A DNA stretch of 64,000 bases from Limisphaerales bacterium (GCA_044223735.1 JBGALR010000038.1:2147-66146); one strand, 5' to 3'; counted from the stretch's first letter, positions 28,506 to 38,014 are shown. Numbers and translations: made by a program. The notes: generated from the letters alone by a model not told the origin.

Positions 28506-30038
28506 TCATGCGTCGGAGGCCTTTTCAGGAATGCGCTCCTTGCCTGCGGCACCTCGTTCCTCGCGCATCAAATCGGCGCGCACCTGGGGCAGACTCTGCG
28601 GGTAATTTGCCTGAATATAGGCGATCAGTTTTTCCCGAAGTTCACAGCGCAGCTCCCAGGCTTTGGAAGAATCCGCCGCAGTCGCCAGCACGCGAATTTG
28701 CATCGCCTTGTCGTTCGCGTCGGTCACCTGCAAATTCCAGAAACGCTTGTCCCACAGGGCGCTGCCTTCGACGATTTGCTGAGTGGCTTTCCGCATCAAT
28801 TCGAGTGGTAACGTGTAATCCACCCAGAGGAAAACGGAGCCGAGCAGGTGCGCCGAAGCGCGCGTCCAGTTTTGAAACGGCTTCTCGATGAAATAGCTCA
28901 ACGGCACGATGAGCCGCCGGTCGTCCCAGATATGCACGACCACATACGTTAGCGTGATTTCTTCCACGCGCCCCCATTCGCCTTCCACGATCACGACGTC
29001 GTCGATCCGGATGGGCTGCGTCATGGCCACTTGAAAGCCCGCGAATAAATTCGCGATCGTTCGTTGGGCGGCGAAGCCCGCAATTATGCCAACCACTCCC
29101 GCGGAGGCGAGCAGGCTGGTCCCGAGCCGGCGAACTTCGTCAAACAGCATCAACACCGACGCCACCGCGAAAATCGAGATGACCACGTAGATCGTTTTGC
29201 CGAGCACGTGGACCTGCGTGTAAACCTTCCGCGCCTGAAGATTGTCGGCCGCGTTGATGTCGTACCTTGCCATCGCTGCCCGCTCGCCCAGTTGCACCGC
29301 CTGAAACAGAATCCAGGTGATCATCACGATCACCAGGATGCTGCTGCCCTTGGTGATCACGCCGGCATACTCTTGCGAAAGTCCGATGACAGGCAACGCA
29401 AAGATCAAGCCCATCAAGGGAATGACCAAGCGCAGCGTCCTCACCAACAGCGGCATCAACAAGTCGTCCAATTTATTCTCGGTCCGCTTTGCCCACGCAA
29501 TCAGCCGAACCTCCAGCACATCGGTGAAACGAAAGAACGTCCAGAACAGCGCGCAGAAAAAACCGATGTTAAAAAACGCGTGCAGAAAATGGCGAATGGG
29601 ATGCGGGCCCTCACCGGTGGAAAGCTTCTGCGCCAGCGGTGAAGCTGCGAGATAAATCCCATAAATCCAGATGAGCAAATAGAGCGGTTTGTCGAGCACG
29701 CGAAAGGCATCCGCGCGCCAATTCTGCAAGTCAGGATTGGCCTCCAGCCGCCGCGTTTGCCGCCGCAGGATGGCCGCCGCGAGCCCATTGATTACCAGCA
29801 CCAGCAAGACGAAGCAGGCGAACACCCCGAAGTCTGCCCACGTCAATGGCCCCAATACCGGAGTTTGCACCCCAGGCCCGAAGAGCCTTTCCAATCCATC
29901 GGATATTGGGCCAGCGAGACTATCAGCCGTTTCATCCAAAAAGCTCCTGCCCGTAATCGGCAAATTCATGCTCATGCGATCATCCAACTTTTCCCGTGCC
30001 CTGACGCGGCTGCATTCACGCCAAAAGCGGATGAACAA
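28506..30038 (-). CDS. MscS-family mechanosensitive ion channel
   Basis: Multiple N-terminal TM helices followed by the MscS pore/beta-domain motif (...IANLFAGFQVAMTQPIRIDDVVIVEGEWGRVEEITLTYVVVHIWDDRRLIVPLSYF...). Confidence 0.85.
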   Translation of the reverse strand: MFIRFWRECSRVRAREKLDDRMSMNLPITGRSFLDETADSLAGPISDGLERLFGPGVQTPVLGPLTWADFGVFACFVLLVLVINGLAAAILRRQTRRLEANPDLQNWRADAFRVLDKPLYLLIWIYGIYLAASPLAQKLSTGEGPHPIRHFLHAFFNIGFFCALFWTFFRFTDVLEVRLIAWAKRTENKLDDLLMPLLVRTLRLVIPLMGLIFALPVIGLSQEYAGVITKGSSILVIVMITWILFQAVQLGERAAMARYDINAADNLQARKVYTQVHVLGKTIYVVISIFAVASVLMLFDEVRRLGTSLLASAGVVGIIAGFAAQRTIANLFAGFQVAMTQPIRIDDVVIVEGEWGRVEEITLTYVVVHIWDDRRLIVPLSYFIEKPFQNWTRASAHLLGSVFLWVDYTLPLELMRKATQQIVEGSALWDKRFWNLQVTDANDKAMQIRVLATAADSSKAWELRCELREKLIAYIQANYPQSLPQVRADLMREERGAAGKERIPEKASDA

Positions 30039-30573
30039 CTCATCCTCGAGGGGTCATATCTATTCTCAATCACCTTGGACGGGATTACAACCGGAACCCG
30101 CCTCTCGCCTTTTTCGGAACGAGACGAATGTGACGTAATTCGCCGACCGAAAATCAGCCTTCCAACCTGATTTTGGGGTTCGATTTGGGCTTTTTTTGCG
30201 CTGGTTTTGGGTTCGTTTTATGTCGAAAAACCCCAATTATTGTCAAAGAACCATCAATGACTTCGTTTGTGAATGGCCCCCGTTGGAATGGGCGGCCGGC
30301 CCTTTGCGCTTTTTGCTTGGAAGACTTTTGTGAAATGCCGAAGAGGAAACCTCATCGACCCCGTTTGGCCCATTTCGTCGTGGCAGCGAATGATTCGTGC
30401 AAGTTCACCATACTCCATTTGGCCGCACCTCCGTCAGCGAGGCGCGTTTTTTCAGACGCCCGGCGGATTCAGTTTGGCCAAGTCTGATGGCCGCGGAGCG
30501 ACGCTTTGTATCCTGTGGTTGAGGCTTGGCAATTACCCCACCCGGTGAGAAGGCCATTCCGAATATCTTGAGC

Positions 30574-31581
30574 CTACTTCAAATATTTGTCGAGTGGCGG
30601 ATGGAGCAAGTCGTTGATCTCCGGCTGCTCCATATTTTTGGGCGTCACCAGTACGACGCCCGTGTCGATCCGGTTTTCGACTTTTTCGCCTTGCAGGTGC
30701 TTCATCACGGTGATGACTGAAAGGTAACCCATGAGCATCGGATTTTGCACGACGAGCCCCTGAACGTCGCCGTTTTTCATATCAAGCACGGACTGGGTGC
30801 CGGCGTCAAAGCCGACCATATTGACTTTGCCGCCTGCCTTGCCGATATCGCGCAGAGCCTTGGTCATGGCAATGGTCGCCGGTTCGCAGACGCAGAATAC
30901 GCCGTTTACTTCGGCGCCAAACCGGTTCAGCAAATTCTGCGAGGCCTGATAGGCGGTCTCCACCGTGGGGCCGGCATATTGATCGCTGGAGATCAATTTG
31001 ATGTCAGGAAATTTGCCCAGCCCGTCGAGGAAACCCTTCTCGCGTTCCTCCGTGCTGTTCGAGCCCACCGCGTAACGCAGCAGAATCACGTTGCCCTTGC
31101 CCCCCAGCAATTCACCCATGTATTGGGCGGCGAGCTGCCCCCCTTTGAAATTATCGGTGGCCACGAAGCTCAGGTATTTGTCCGACTTCAAACCGGAGTC
31201 CATGATGACAACCGGGATGCCGGCCTGCACCGCGCTCTCCACGGGATTGACCAGCGCCTGCGAATCCAGCGGCGCCAGCACGAGGCCGCTCACATGGCGG
31301 CTCGTGAAGTTTTCCACGACCTGGATTTGCTGATCGCGATCGTCCTCCCGCAGCGGACCTTTCCAGACCACTTCCACCGGTACGCCTTTGGCGACCAGTT
31401 CCTGCTGGGCTTTGACCGCGCCCGCGTGGATCGATTTCCAAAACTCATGCGTCGTTCCCTTGGGAATGACCGCGATGGTGTAGGGTTTTTTTTCGTCCGC
31501 CTTGTTTTCGTCCGCTTTCTTTTCGCAGCCGATGAGAGCAACGACGGCTAGCGCCAGCGCCAGGTGAAGTAAAAATTTCAC
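30574..31581 (-). CDS. Sugar ABC transporter periplasmic substrate-binding protein (RbsB/LacI-type PBP fold)
   Basis: Lipoprotein-like signal (LIGCEKK), ...YTIAVIPKGTTHEFWKSIHAGAVKA..., type I periplasmic binding fold. It lies directly downstream of the inositol oxygenase gene. Confidence 0.85.
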   Translation of the reverse strand: MKFLLHLALALAVVALIGCEKKADENKADEKKPYTIAVIPKGTTHEFWKSIHAGAVKAQQELVAKGVPVEVVWKGPLREDDRDQQIQVVENFTSRHVSGLVLAPLDSQALVNPVESAVQAGIPVVIMDSGLKSDKYLSFVATDNFKGGQLAAQYMGELLGGKGNVILLRYAVGSNSTEEREKGFLDGLGKFPDIKLISSDQYAGPTVETAYQASQNLLNRFGAEVNGVFCVCEPATIAMTKALRDIGKAGGKVNMVGFDAGTQSVLDMKNGDVQGLVVQNPMLMGYLSVITVMKHLQGEKVENRIDTGVVLVTPKNMEQPEINDLLHPPLDKYLK

Positions 31582-31607
31582 GCGTGATTCGATGCCAGGA
31601 ATGCCTC

Positions 31608-32516
31608 TTACCAGTTAACCTTCGCGGGAAAATATTCCCCGATCAACGCTTCGTAATACGGCCGCAACGCTTTCACATCCGGCTTCGCGTGATTCTTCGT
31701 GTAGAGATCGTAGCGATTGAATTTCAGCACCCACTCCATCATCTCCCGATCGTGCGCGGTGGTCAGACGGTTGTATTCCCCCTCCCGATGCCACGGATAA
31801 AACGAATGATACCGCAGCATGTAGAGTCCTTCCTCGGGCAGATAATCCTTGGCGACGTGATAAATGTATTCGTCATGACCCCAGGAAATCTGCACGGCAT
31901 CCAGGCCGCAACCCTCCTCGTAAACCCCCAATTCCGTTTGGTAACGCTGATTCCTGCTGTCTGGGTTGTCCGCAAAGAACTGCGGAAAAACAATCTTCGG
32001 CGAGAAACGGCATCCCGTCGCGAACGTATCCCCCACCACCGCCCACTGCGGTTCGCCCCACAGGCACAGCATCTTGCCGAGATCGTGAATCAATCCGGTG
32101 AGAATGAACCAGCGCGGATGACCGTCCGCGCGGATCTGCTCCGAGGTCTGCAACAAATGCTCGAGCTGCGAAAGGTCCGTATCCGGGTCGCTGTCATCCA
32201 CCAGCGTATTGAGATATTCCATTGCCTCCCACACACCCATCTTGCGGCGATTCAAGCCCAGATATTCCTTCCGCTTCGCCTGCACGAAATCGTAGGTCTG
32301 GTGGAGATGATTCTGGCGGTAAAACTCCCGCACACTCGGCCGCGCATTCGCCTCGTAATTGCGAAACTGCTCCGGCTTTTTCTCCGGATCCACCGTTTGA
32401 AAACGCGGCGTGGCCGGAGGCGCGGGCTCGGGATAGCGTTCCTTGAGAAAATCCTCCCACTCATCCATGCTCTCAAGCGGAGAGTGACTGTTCGACCGGG
32501 GTTCGGACGATTTCAT
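31608..32516 (-). CDS. myo-Inositol oxygenase (MIOX, HD-domain di-iron enzyme)
   Basis: ...HPRWFILTGLIHDLGKML..., ...WGEPQWAVVGDTFATGC..., ...ISWGHDEYIYHV..., ...YMLRYHSFYPWHREGEY... are the diagnostic MIOX motifs. Confidence 0.9.
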   Translation of the reverse strand: MKSSEPRSNSHSPLESMDEWEDFLKERYPEPAPPATPRFQTVDPEKKPEQFRNYEANARPSVREFYRQNHLHQTYDFVQAKRKEYLGLNRRKMGVWEAMEYLNTLVDDSDPDTDLSQLEHLLQTSEQIRADGHPRWFILTGLIHDLGKMLCLWGEPQWAVVGDTFATGCRFSPKIVFPQFFADNPDSRNQRYQTELGVYEEGCGLDAVQISWGHDEYIYHVAKDYLPEEGLYMLRYHSFYPWHREGEYNRLTTAHDREMMEWVLKFNRYDLYTKNHAKPDVKALRPYYEALIGEYFPAKVNW

Positions 32517-33575
32517 AGCTTATGATTTAGTGCATTTGCCGAAGCAGCGCAAGACGCTTGCGGCAGCGCGGCAACGCAAGGTCGCAGCCCACCGTATACC
32601 TGAGGAGGTCATCCGCCGACGGCATATCACCAGCTCTCCTGAAAAGCCCCGCTTCATTGTTGTTCCTGCCTCATTCGTCCAAAATCCCAAATTTTCACTT
32701 AGGGATTCTCCCATTCGACATTCGAAACTCAGCATCGCACTCCATTTCGCTTCCATTTGGTTTCCTCATTTTGCATTCGAAAATCTTCATTCTGCATTCA
32801 AAAGTTGGGTTCGTTTTTCTTTTTCTTAATGTTTAAAAACGTCGCAAGTTATTGTCAGTAAGATGGTTGCGAGATTTTAAAGTTGGGTTCGTTTGGTAAA
32901 ATTTACATTTACGCAAACTTCCATCTCACCCCGAAACCACGCTGCGCAACGGTACGCAACATGGCACACCATGCCGTAACCCTCCACGACTCGGCCCCAC
33001 CAGCCCGCAATCATTCCCATCCCCGTCACGTCCCCAACATCCCTCCATATCCAGCCGCCCCCCATCAAGCCCGACAAGCCACCGAAATCCTCCCCCACAC
33101 GTTGTAATTTCGCGTCTTTGACATGATTCTTCGGCCCTCCGCGACTCCGCTGCTCCGCGGTTCAATCCCTTCCATATTCAAATGTCAAAGATCATCGCCC
33201 CGCCCGGCCCTGTCCGCAGGCCCCGGACGGGACACACACACCAGTTTAACTCGCACGCATAATATTACAAGAACTTTCTAGGAACTTCGTAAGAAAAGCG
33301 GAATCGCCGGGGACGCGGGAATCCCGCGCCAGGAGCCGGCGGCCATCCTGGATCATGGCCCTCGAGTCACTGCGCCGGACGGAGATCAAACCAGCCAGGC
33401 ACTCGTCCGCGCGCCTGCCGGGCCGTGGCTTGCGGCCGATGAGAGGCGGCGAGGACGATAGTCATTAGCCTGCGGGCCGTGCAATTCATCTCCTCCGCCC
33501 ACTTTACTGGCAGCGAAGCGGCACCGCACCGCTTCCCCAACCAGCTTGGACGCCCCCGCGGGACATGCGGCTTGA

Positions 33576-33840
33576 TGCCCCTGAGTTAATCCCCGAATCT
33601 AAAATGCACAATTTGACCTCGGCAGGATCTGAGGTGGTAGGGCGGCCTCTCCGAGGGCGCCGCGATAGAAAAGTGTTCCTCGGCGGTCTCCGCGACCGCC
33701 CAAATAGTCTTGCCCGAAGCCGCGCCGTAATGGAAACCCGACTCGGACGGGGAATGAGAATATTTGATCGGTCCTTGAGACCGCTGAAGCATAACTTTTT
33801 CTTTCGGTCCCGCATGCGGGAGAGAGGTCGCCCTACCTCC
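33576..33840 (+). repeat. Structured repeat family, copy 1 (contains a ~208 nt rod-like hairpin 33633-33840)
   Basis: 5' arm ggtggtagggcggcctctcc (33633-33652) is the inverted complement of 3' arm gagaggtcgccctacctcc (33822-33840). Internal long-range complements are ggcggtctc/gagaccgc, gaccg/cggtc and caaata/tatttg. The 5' ~130 nt (gcccctgagttaatccccgaatctaaaatgcacaatttg...) are shared with copies 2 and 3. Confidence 0.6.
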
Positions 33841-33870
33841 TAAAAGTTCGCTAGCTGTTTTGCGGTTGCT

Positions 33871-34140
33871 GCCCCTGAGTTAATCCCCGAATCTAAAATG
33901 CACAATTTGGCCTCGGCAAGACCTGCGGTGGTAGGGCGGCCTCTCCGAGGGCGCCGCGATAGAAAAGTGATTCCCCGGCGGTCTCCGCGACCGCCCACAT
34001 ATTTTCCGGAATGCTTCGTCCCGGAATTTTGGATTCTTGTGACTAAATACGTATGGAGCATCAAGAATTATCGGAGCACGGTTGCCGGAATGGCGGAAAG
34101 CTTGCGATCATTCCATTGCCGGGCAAACATTGGAGCGGAT
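33871..34140 (+). repeat. Structured repeat family, copy 2 (alternative 3' module)
   Basis: It shares the 5' ~130 nt with copy 1. Its 3' ~150 nt (...tttccggaatgcttcgtcccggaattttgg...gccgggcaaacattggagc...) are shared with copy 3 at 42058-42340, with most positions identical by eye. Confidence 0.6.
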
Positions 34141-34420
34141 TAGAAATTGGACGGTTCAAATAGATATTAGAACCGCAGGCGCCGTGCTAGACAAAGGCTC
34201 AAATGACCAAAGCCATCAGGCCAATGTTTTAAAATTATAGGACTGAGCCTTTCACTCGCTCCCTCCTCGGACGGGGTCGAAAGCCGGCAGGCGACGACCA
34301 ACTATTTTGACCTGCTGGGGCGCATTTGGAAAACAACCCTGCCAGATAATACGAGTGTGACCAACGATTATTACACCACTGGCGTGCTCAGACTGACTCG
34401 ATGCGGCTTCACGGCTGGCG

Positions 34421-36250
34421 GTGATGTCCGACGGCACCAATTCCGCGACGTATACCTACCTTGCCAATTCGCCGCTGGTGAGCCAGATTGCCTTCAAGCA
34501 GAACGCCACCACCCGAATGACGACGACGAAGGTTTACGATTTTCTGAACCGGCTGAAATCCATCAGTTCGGTGTCGGCGGTGACGACCAACAGCTTCGTT
34601 TACTCCTACAACAACGCCAATCAACGCAGCGGCGTGACCAATGTGGATAATTCGAAGTGGGTTTATCAATATGACGACCTCGGCCAGGTTATCTCCGGCA
34701 AGAAATACTGGAGCGACGGCACTCCCGTGGCGGGCCAGCAGTTTGAGTATGCCTTCGACGACATTGGCAACCGCACCTCGACCAAGGCGGGTGGCGACCA
34801 GTCGGGCGCCAACCTGCGCTCGGCCACCTATGACGCCAATGCGCTGAACCAATACGACAGCCGCACCGTCCCCGGCGCGGTGGACATCCTCGGTTCGGCG
34901 ACCAATGCCGCCACGGTGACCGTCAATAACCAGCCGACGTACCGCAAGGGCAATTATTTCCGAGACCAGCTTGCGCTCAACAACGGGTCCGCCGCAGTGT
35001 GGGCCGGCATCACCAATGTGGCGGCGCTGAACAACGGAACCAACTCGGACATCGTGGCCACGAACCTCGGTTACGTGTTCTTGCCAAAAACCCCGGAGAG
35101 CTTCTCGTACGATGCCGATGGCAATTTGACCCAGGATGGCCGCTGGCAATACACTTGGGACGGCGAGAACCGCTTGGTAAACATGACCAGTCTCACCAAC
35201 GCTCCTACTGCTTCCAAACTCAAGTTGGACTTCGCCTACGACTACATGGGCCGCCGCGTTCAGAAAACGGTCTCGACCAACAACGGCAGCGGCTATTTTC
35301 CGCTCTACACCAACCGCTTCATCTATGACGGCTGGAATCTCCTGGCCGAACTGAATCCGTCGCACACCGTCATTCGTTCATTTGTGTGGGGAACCGATTT
35401 GAGCGGCACGATGCAAGATGCAGGCGGAGTGGGCGGACTGCTGGTAGTCTCGGATTCCGCGCTCGGATCAAGTTTCGTCGCGTTCGACGGAAATGGAAAT
35501 GTGAACGGACTGACGCGCATCACCGACGGCAGTACGGTCGCACAGTACCAGTATGGTCCCTTCGGTGAAGCCATCCGCGCCACCGGCCCCATGGCCAAGG
35601 CCAATCCCTTCCGGTTCTCGACCAAATACCAGGATGACGAGACAGACCTGCTTTACTACGGGTATCGGTATTACAACGCCAGCACGGGACGGTGGGGAAG
35701 CAGGGATCCTCTAGGTGAGTTAGGATTTGAAGCGACACGTGTCTCGGATGATGAAGAGATCATTGGTAGCCCGAATTCTTACGTCTTCATCGGCAACACG
35801 CCAACGACGCAGGTTGATTTGCTTGGCTTGCGCTCCTGCAAAGAGATCTGCAAGGCAATAATTGACGGCAGCTATCCCCCCCCTATTGCCGGGTTTGTTG
35901 GGTGTGAAGATGGAAAGAAATGTCCCTGCAATGCTAAATGGGATGCGATGGGATACAATCCTGGTGATTGTCCCGAAATTGATAAATCTGTGCTAAAGCA
36001 CGAGAAAAAGCATTTTGATGATGTCAGTTGCCCCAAGGGCTGCGGCTTGAAGATTGCCCCATGGAAAGACGATATGTCTAACGAAGATAAGGAGAAGTCC
36101 GAATGTGAGCGTGCAGAAGAAGACATAAAGACTTTGCAGAAGCTTGCTAAAAAGCTCACTGGCAATTGCCAGACTGTCGCAAAAAACCTGCTTGATTTTA
36201 AGCAGAAATATGTGAAGGACCATAACTGTGACAGCTTTAAGAAGAAATGA
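34421..36250 (+). CDS. RHS/YD-repeat protein, 5'-truncated fragment with C-terminal cysteine-rich HExxH-containing toxin-like tip
   Basis: YD repeats (YTYLANSPL..., VYQYDDLGQV..., FEYAFDDIGNRTS...) and the RHS core ending ...GYRYYNASTGRWGSRDPLGE...PNSYVFIGNTPTTQVDLLGL, the PxxxxDPxGL-type junction. The ~140 aa tip after it has 10 Cys and HEKKH. Upstream RHS-like sequence (34207-34420, ...TTNYFDLLGRIWKTTLPDNTSV...) is in a different frame, so the gene is frameshifted. There is no N-terminal RHS portion, because the upstream DNA is the repeat family. Confidence 0.8.
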   Translation: MMSDGTNSATYTYLANSPLVSQIAFKQNATTRMTTTKVYDFLNRLKSISSVSAVTTNSFVYSYNNANQRSGVTNVDNSKWVYQYDDLGQVISGKKYWSDGTPVAGQQFEYAFDDIGNRTSTKAGGDQSGANLRSATYDANALNQYDSRTVPGAVDILGSATNAATVTVNNQPTYRKGNYFRDQLALNNGSAAVWAGITNVAALNNGTNSDIVATNLGYVFLPKTPESFSYDADGNLTQDGRWQYTWDGENRLVNMTSLTNAPTASKLKLDFAYDYMGRRVQKTVSTNNGSGYFPLYTNRFIYDGWNLLAELNPSHTVIRSFVWGTDLSGTMQDAGGVGGLLVVSDSALGSSFVAFDGNGNVNGLTRITDGSTVAQYQYGPFGEAIRATGPMAKANPFRFSTKYQDDETDLLYYGYRYYNASTGRWGSRDPLGELGFEATRVSDDEEIIGSPNSYVFIGNTPTTQVDLLGLRSCKEICKAIIDGSYPPPIAGFVGCEDGKKCPCNAKWDAMGYNPGDCPEIDKSVLKHEKKHFDDVSCPKGCGLKIAPWKDDMSNEDKEKSECERAEEDIKTLQKLAKKLTGNCQTVAKNLLDFKQKYVKDHNCDSFKKK

Positions 36251-36591
36251 AAACAACCTTTTGCTCCTCTGTGGCGACGGTTTGTCTTTGTTTGTTGCCG
36301 ATCTTGTTCGGTTGCCTGTTGGGATGTTCTACGACCGTGGTCCCGCAAAAACATATTGAGCCAGCGCCGGACTTTAGCAGGTCAGCGTTGGAAAGAGCAG
36401 ATCTGGCTTTGAAGACGGCTATACGTGTTTTCGACGAAAAAGTTGGACTGGATAATTGTAAATTTAGGATCGACATGCGAAGGGTCTACGGGGCATGGAG
36501 AATAACATTTGTTTATATCCCGGAGGCGCCTGACTATTCTGGTGTGGTAATTGTGCATGATAATGGTGAGACGGAATCTTTTCTAAAATAG
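36247..36591 (+). CDS. Lipoprotein, candidate cognate immunity protein of the RHS C-terminal toxin
   Basis: The start overlaps the rhs stop by 4 nt (ATGA). Signal peptide with lipobox LLGCS. 114 aa with no recognisable enzymatic motif. This is the classic toxin/immunity gene arrangement. Confidence 0.55.
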   Translation: MKTTFCSSVATVCLCLLPILFGCLLGCSTTVVPQKHIEPAPDFSRSALERADLALKTAIRVFDEKVGLDNCKFRIDMRRVYGAWRITFVYIPEAPDYSGVVIVHDNGETESFLK

Positions 36592-36673
36592 CCGTCGCCA
36601 AGACTTGCCGGCTTTCGCTTCCCCTTAAAAGAGCTACGTCGCGAAACACGGCAAGACTTGGCTCCCCCCTGTG

Positions 36674-36982
36674 AAGGGTCGGTCCTAGAATTATGACACT
36701 TTTGCGCTGGACACGGGTTTCGAGGTCTGCCTAAGCTGGGCGCGCCATGGCCAGGCCGATTCGCATTCAGTATCCGGGCCGGTTGGGCTTGAGCGAAACG
36801 GATCTGGAGGAACTGCCGCCGGGCGCAGTGGAGAAAGTGGCTTTGGCGTGTCAGTCAGGCCGTGAGCCGGATGCAGACCAAACCATCCCGCAAGCTGAAA
36901 AAACTGCGGGATCAACTGAACCGGGGAAACGAATGACCAGGTCGAGGCAGCCAAAGTGTCATGATTCTAGGACCGACCCCTT
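36674..36982 (+). mobile_element. MITE-like internal-deletion derivative (copy A) of the IS200/RAYT-like element
   Basis: Terminal inverted repeats aagggtcggtcctagaattatgacactt ... aagtgtcatgattctaggaccgacccctt. It retains only the first 11 codons of the transposase (MARPIRIQYPG) and the 3' subterminal region. Confidence 0.7.
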
Positions 36983-37043
36983 TAAAGTCGGCCTGTCAAT
37001 AGGGGATTACAAATTCTGGCTCAAACCGGAAGGAAAAAAATAT

Positions 37044-37610
37044 GTGAAGTATGATGATCGCGTAGAATTGGAAAAGCAAATATGTATTGGTGATAAATTT
37101 AGTATTCCTAATCAGGTGCTAATCGTCGTCGGAGATCAAATTGCAGCGACTGGATCAAGAAAAATGGCAAACTACGGAGTCCAGGTTATGCAAGCGCGTG
37201 GTTTTTCTGTTGCATATTATGATTACAATATTCAACAAGTGACTGGCAATACCATTACTGATTATGTTGCAAGCGGGAATTTGTGGGGGTTCTCGTTTTT
37301 TGGACATGGCGTGGTTAACTGGAATCCGTTAGATAGGGCATCTAATGGAGGCTTCAACATTAACCATGCGGATGACATCCTCTACCCAAGTTCTATGCTC
37401 CTAAGTCGGCGGCAGTTCGGCGACGGCAAAACTATGGGGAGCTCTAAATATGGATTAGTCATTGCCTTCATGTGTAGTGCATCTTCTGCTTCTTGGAGCT
37501 CTCTCTCGTCCGGTGAAGCTTGGCAAAGCCCCTGGCTCTTTCAGCCAGCACGAAACTTCCCAATGGAGCAGGAAATCAGGGACACCTTTAAGAGAGCTAG
37601 TGCAAAATGA
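37044..37610 (+). CDS. Hypothetical protein encoded in a low-GC orphan module (possible orphan toxin/effector)
   Basis: ORF continuous with the MITE copy A. The GTG at 37044 is preceded by GGAAGGAAAAAAA. The region is AT-rich relative to the window, and I recognise no family. The stop overlaps the next ORF by 4 nt. Confidence 0.4.
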   Translation: MKYDDRVELEKQICIGDKFSIPNQVLIVVGDQIAATGSRKMANYGVQVMQARGFSVAYYDYNIQQVTGNTITDYVASGNLWGFSFFGHGVVNWNPLDRASNGGFNINHADDILYPSSMLLSRRQFGDGKTMGSSKYGLVIAFMCSASSASWSSLSSGEAWQSPWLFQPARNFPMEQEIRDTFKRASAK

Positions 37611-38014
37611 ATTTTAATTTGAAGCGATTCGGTAAGGCTGGGTGTTTGGCGGCAGCTTTATTTATCATTTTCGCCATATGGCTTTTCTTTTGGATTGTTG
37701 AGCCTCCAGGACGAGCAGAAAGCGCATATTTGAGAGCATCATTCAATGCGTGTTACCGAAGTGTAGTCGCTGTTCAAAAAAGCGAGGCGACATTGCGAGC
37801 GTTTCCTGATTGTATTACGAACTTATTCCTAAATCCCCCGGGTAAAGACCATATTGAGTTCATGCCAATTGCAGATGTTGATAAGATCACGACTAATACC
37901 ATTTTATGCCGAAGTAGAAATAGAATCAAAGGGCGCTATATGTTGCTGTTGGGATCTGGGGAAATCACGTGGATCAACGAAATCAATAAGTCAAATGTTC
38001 TAGAAGCACCCTGA
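37607..38014 (+). CDS. Hypothetical membrane protein (possible immunity partner of the preceding ORF)
   Basis: ATGA overlap with the upstream ORF, an N-terminal TM helix (CLAAALFIIFAIWLFFWIV), 135 aa, low GC. Confidence 0.45.
   Translation: MNFNLKRFGKAGCLAAALFIIFAIWLFFWIVEPPGRAESAYLRASFNACYRSVVAVQKSEATLRAFPDCITNLFLNPPGKDHIEFMPIADVDKITTNTILCRSRNRIKGRYMLLLGSGEITWINEINKSNVLEAP

Noticed and set aside
30160-30230. tRNA-like GGTTCGATT motif and aaaatcag...ctgatttt hairpin in the mscS / binding-protein intergenic region
   Set aside because: It has no cloverleaf: no acceptor stem, no anticodon arm, and flanks that are not complementary. It is probably just a promoter/terminator hairpin. No tRNA, rRNA or CRISPR array was found anywhere in the window.
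29064-32525. Plus-strand ORFs 29064-29642, 30745-31551 and 31584-32525 opposite the MscS, substrate-binding-protein and MIOX genes
   Set aside because: They are antisense to genes with diagnostic motifs.
33633-33840. Considered calling repeat copy 1 a 6S RNA, tmRNA, RNase P RNA or SRP RNA
   Set aside because: It lacks the diagnostic conserved blocks of RNase P, tmRNA and SRP. A 6S-like rod shape alone is not specific, and the element is multi-copy. It was left as an uncharacterised structured repeat.
33565-34143. Small ORFs across the structured repeats (33565-33843, 33898-34143, 42106-42330, and minus-strand 33504-33815, 33840-34064, 42063-42317) sharing the peptide stretch RSRRPP.NTFLSRR.RR.RPTT
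   Set aside because: The shared peptides are a by-product of nucleotide repetition. The copies differ by frame-shifting indels, and substitutions are not biased to synonymous positions. They were treated as non-coding repeats.
34409-35365. 318 aa minus-strand ORF opposite the rhs gene
   Set aside because: It is antisense to YD-repeat coding sequence.
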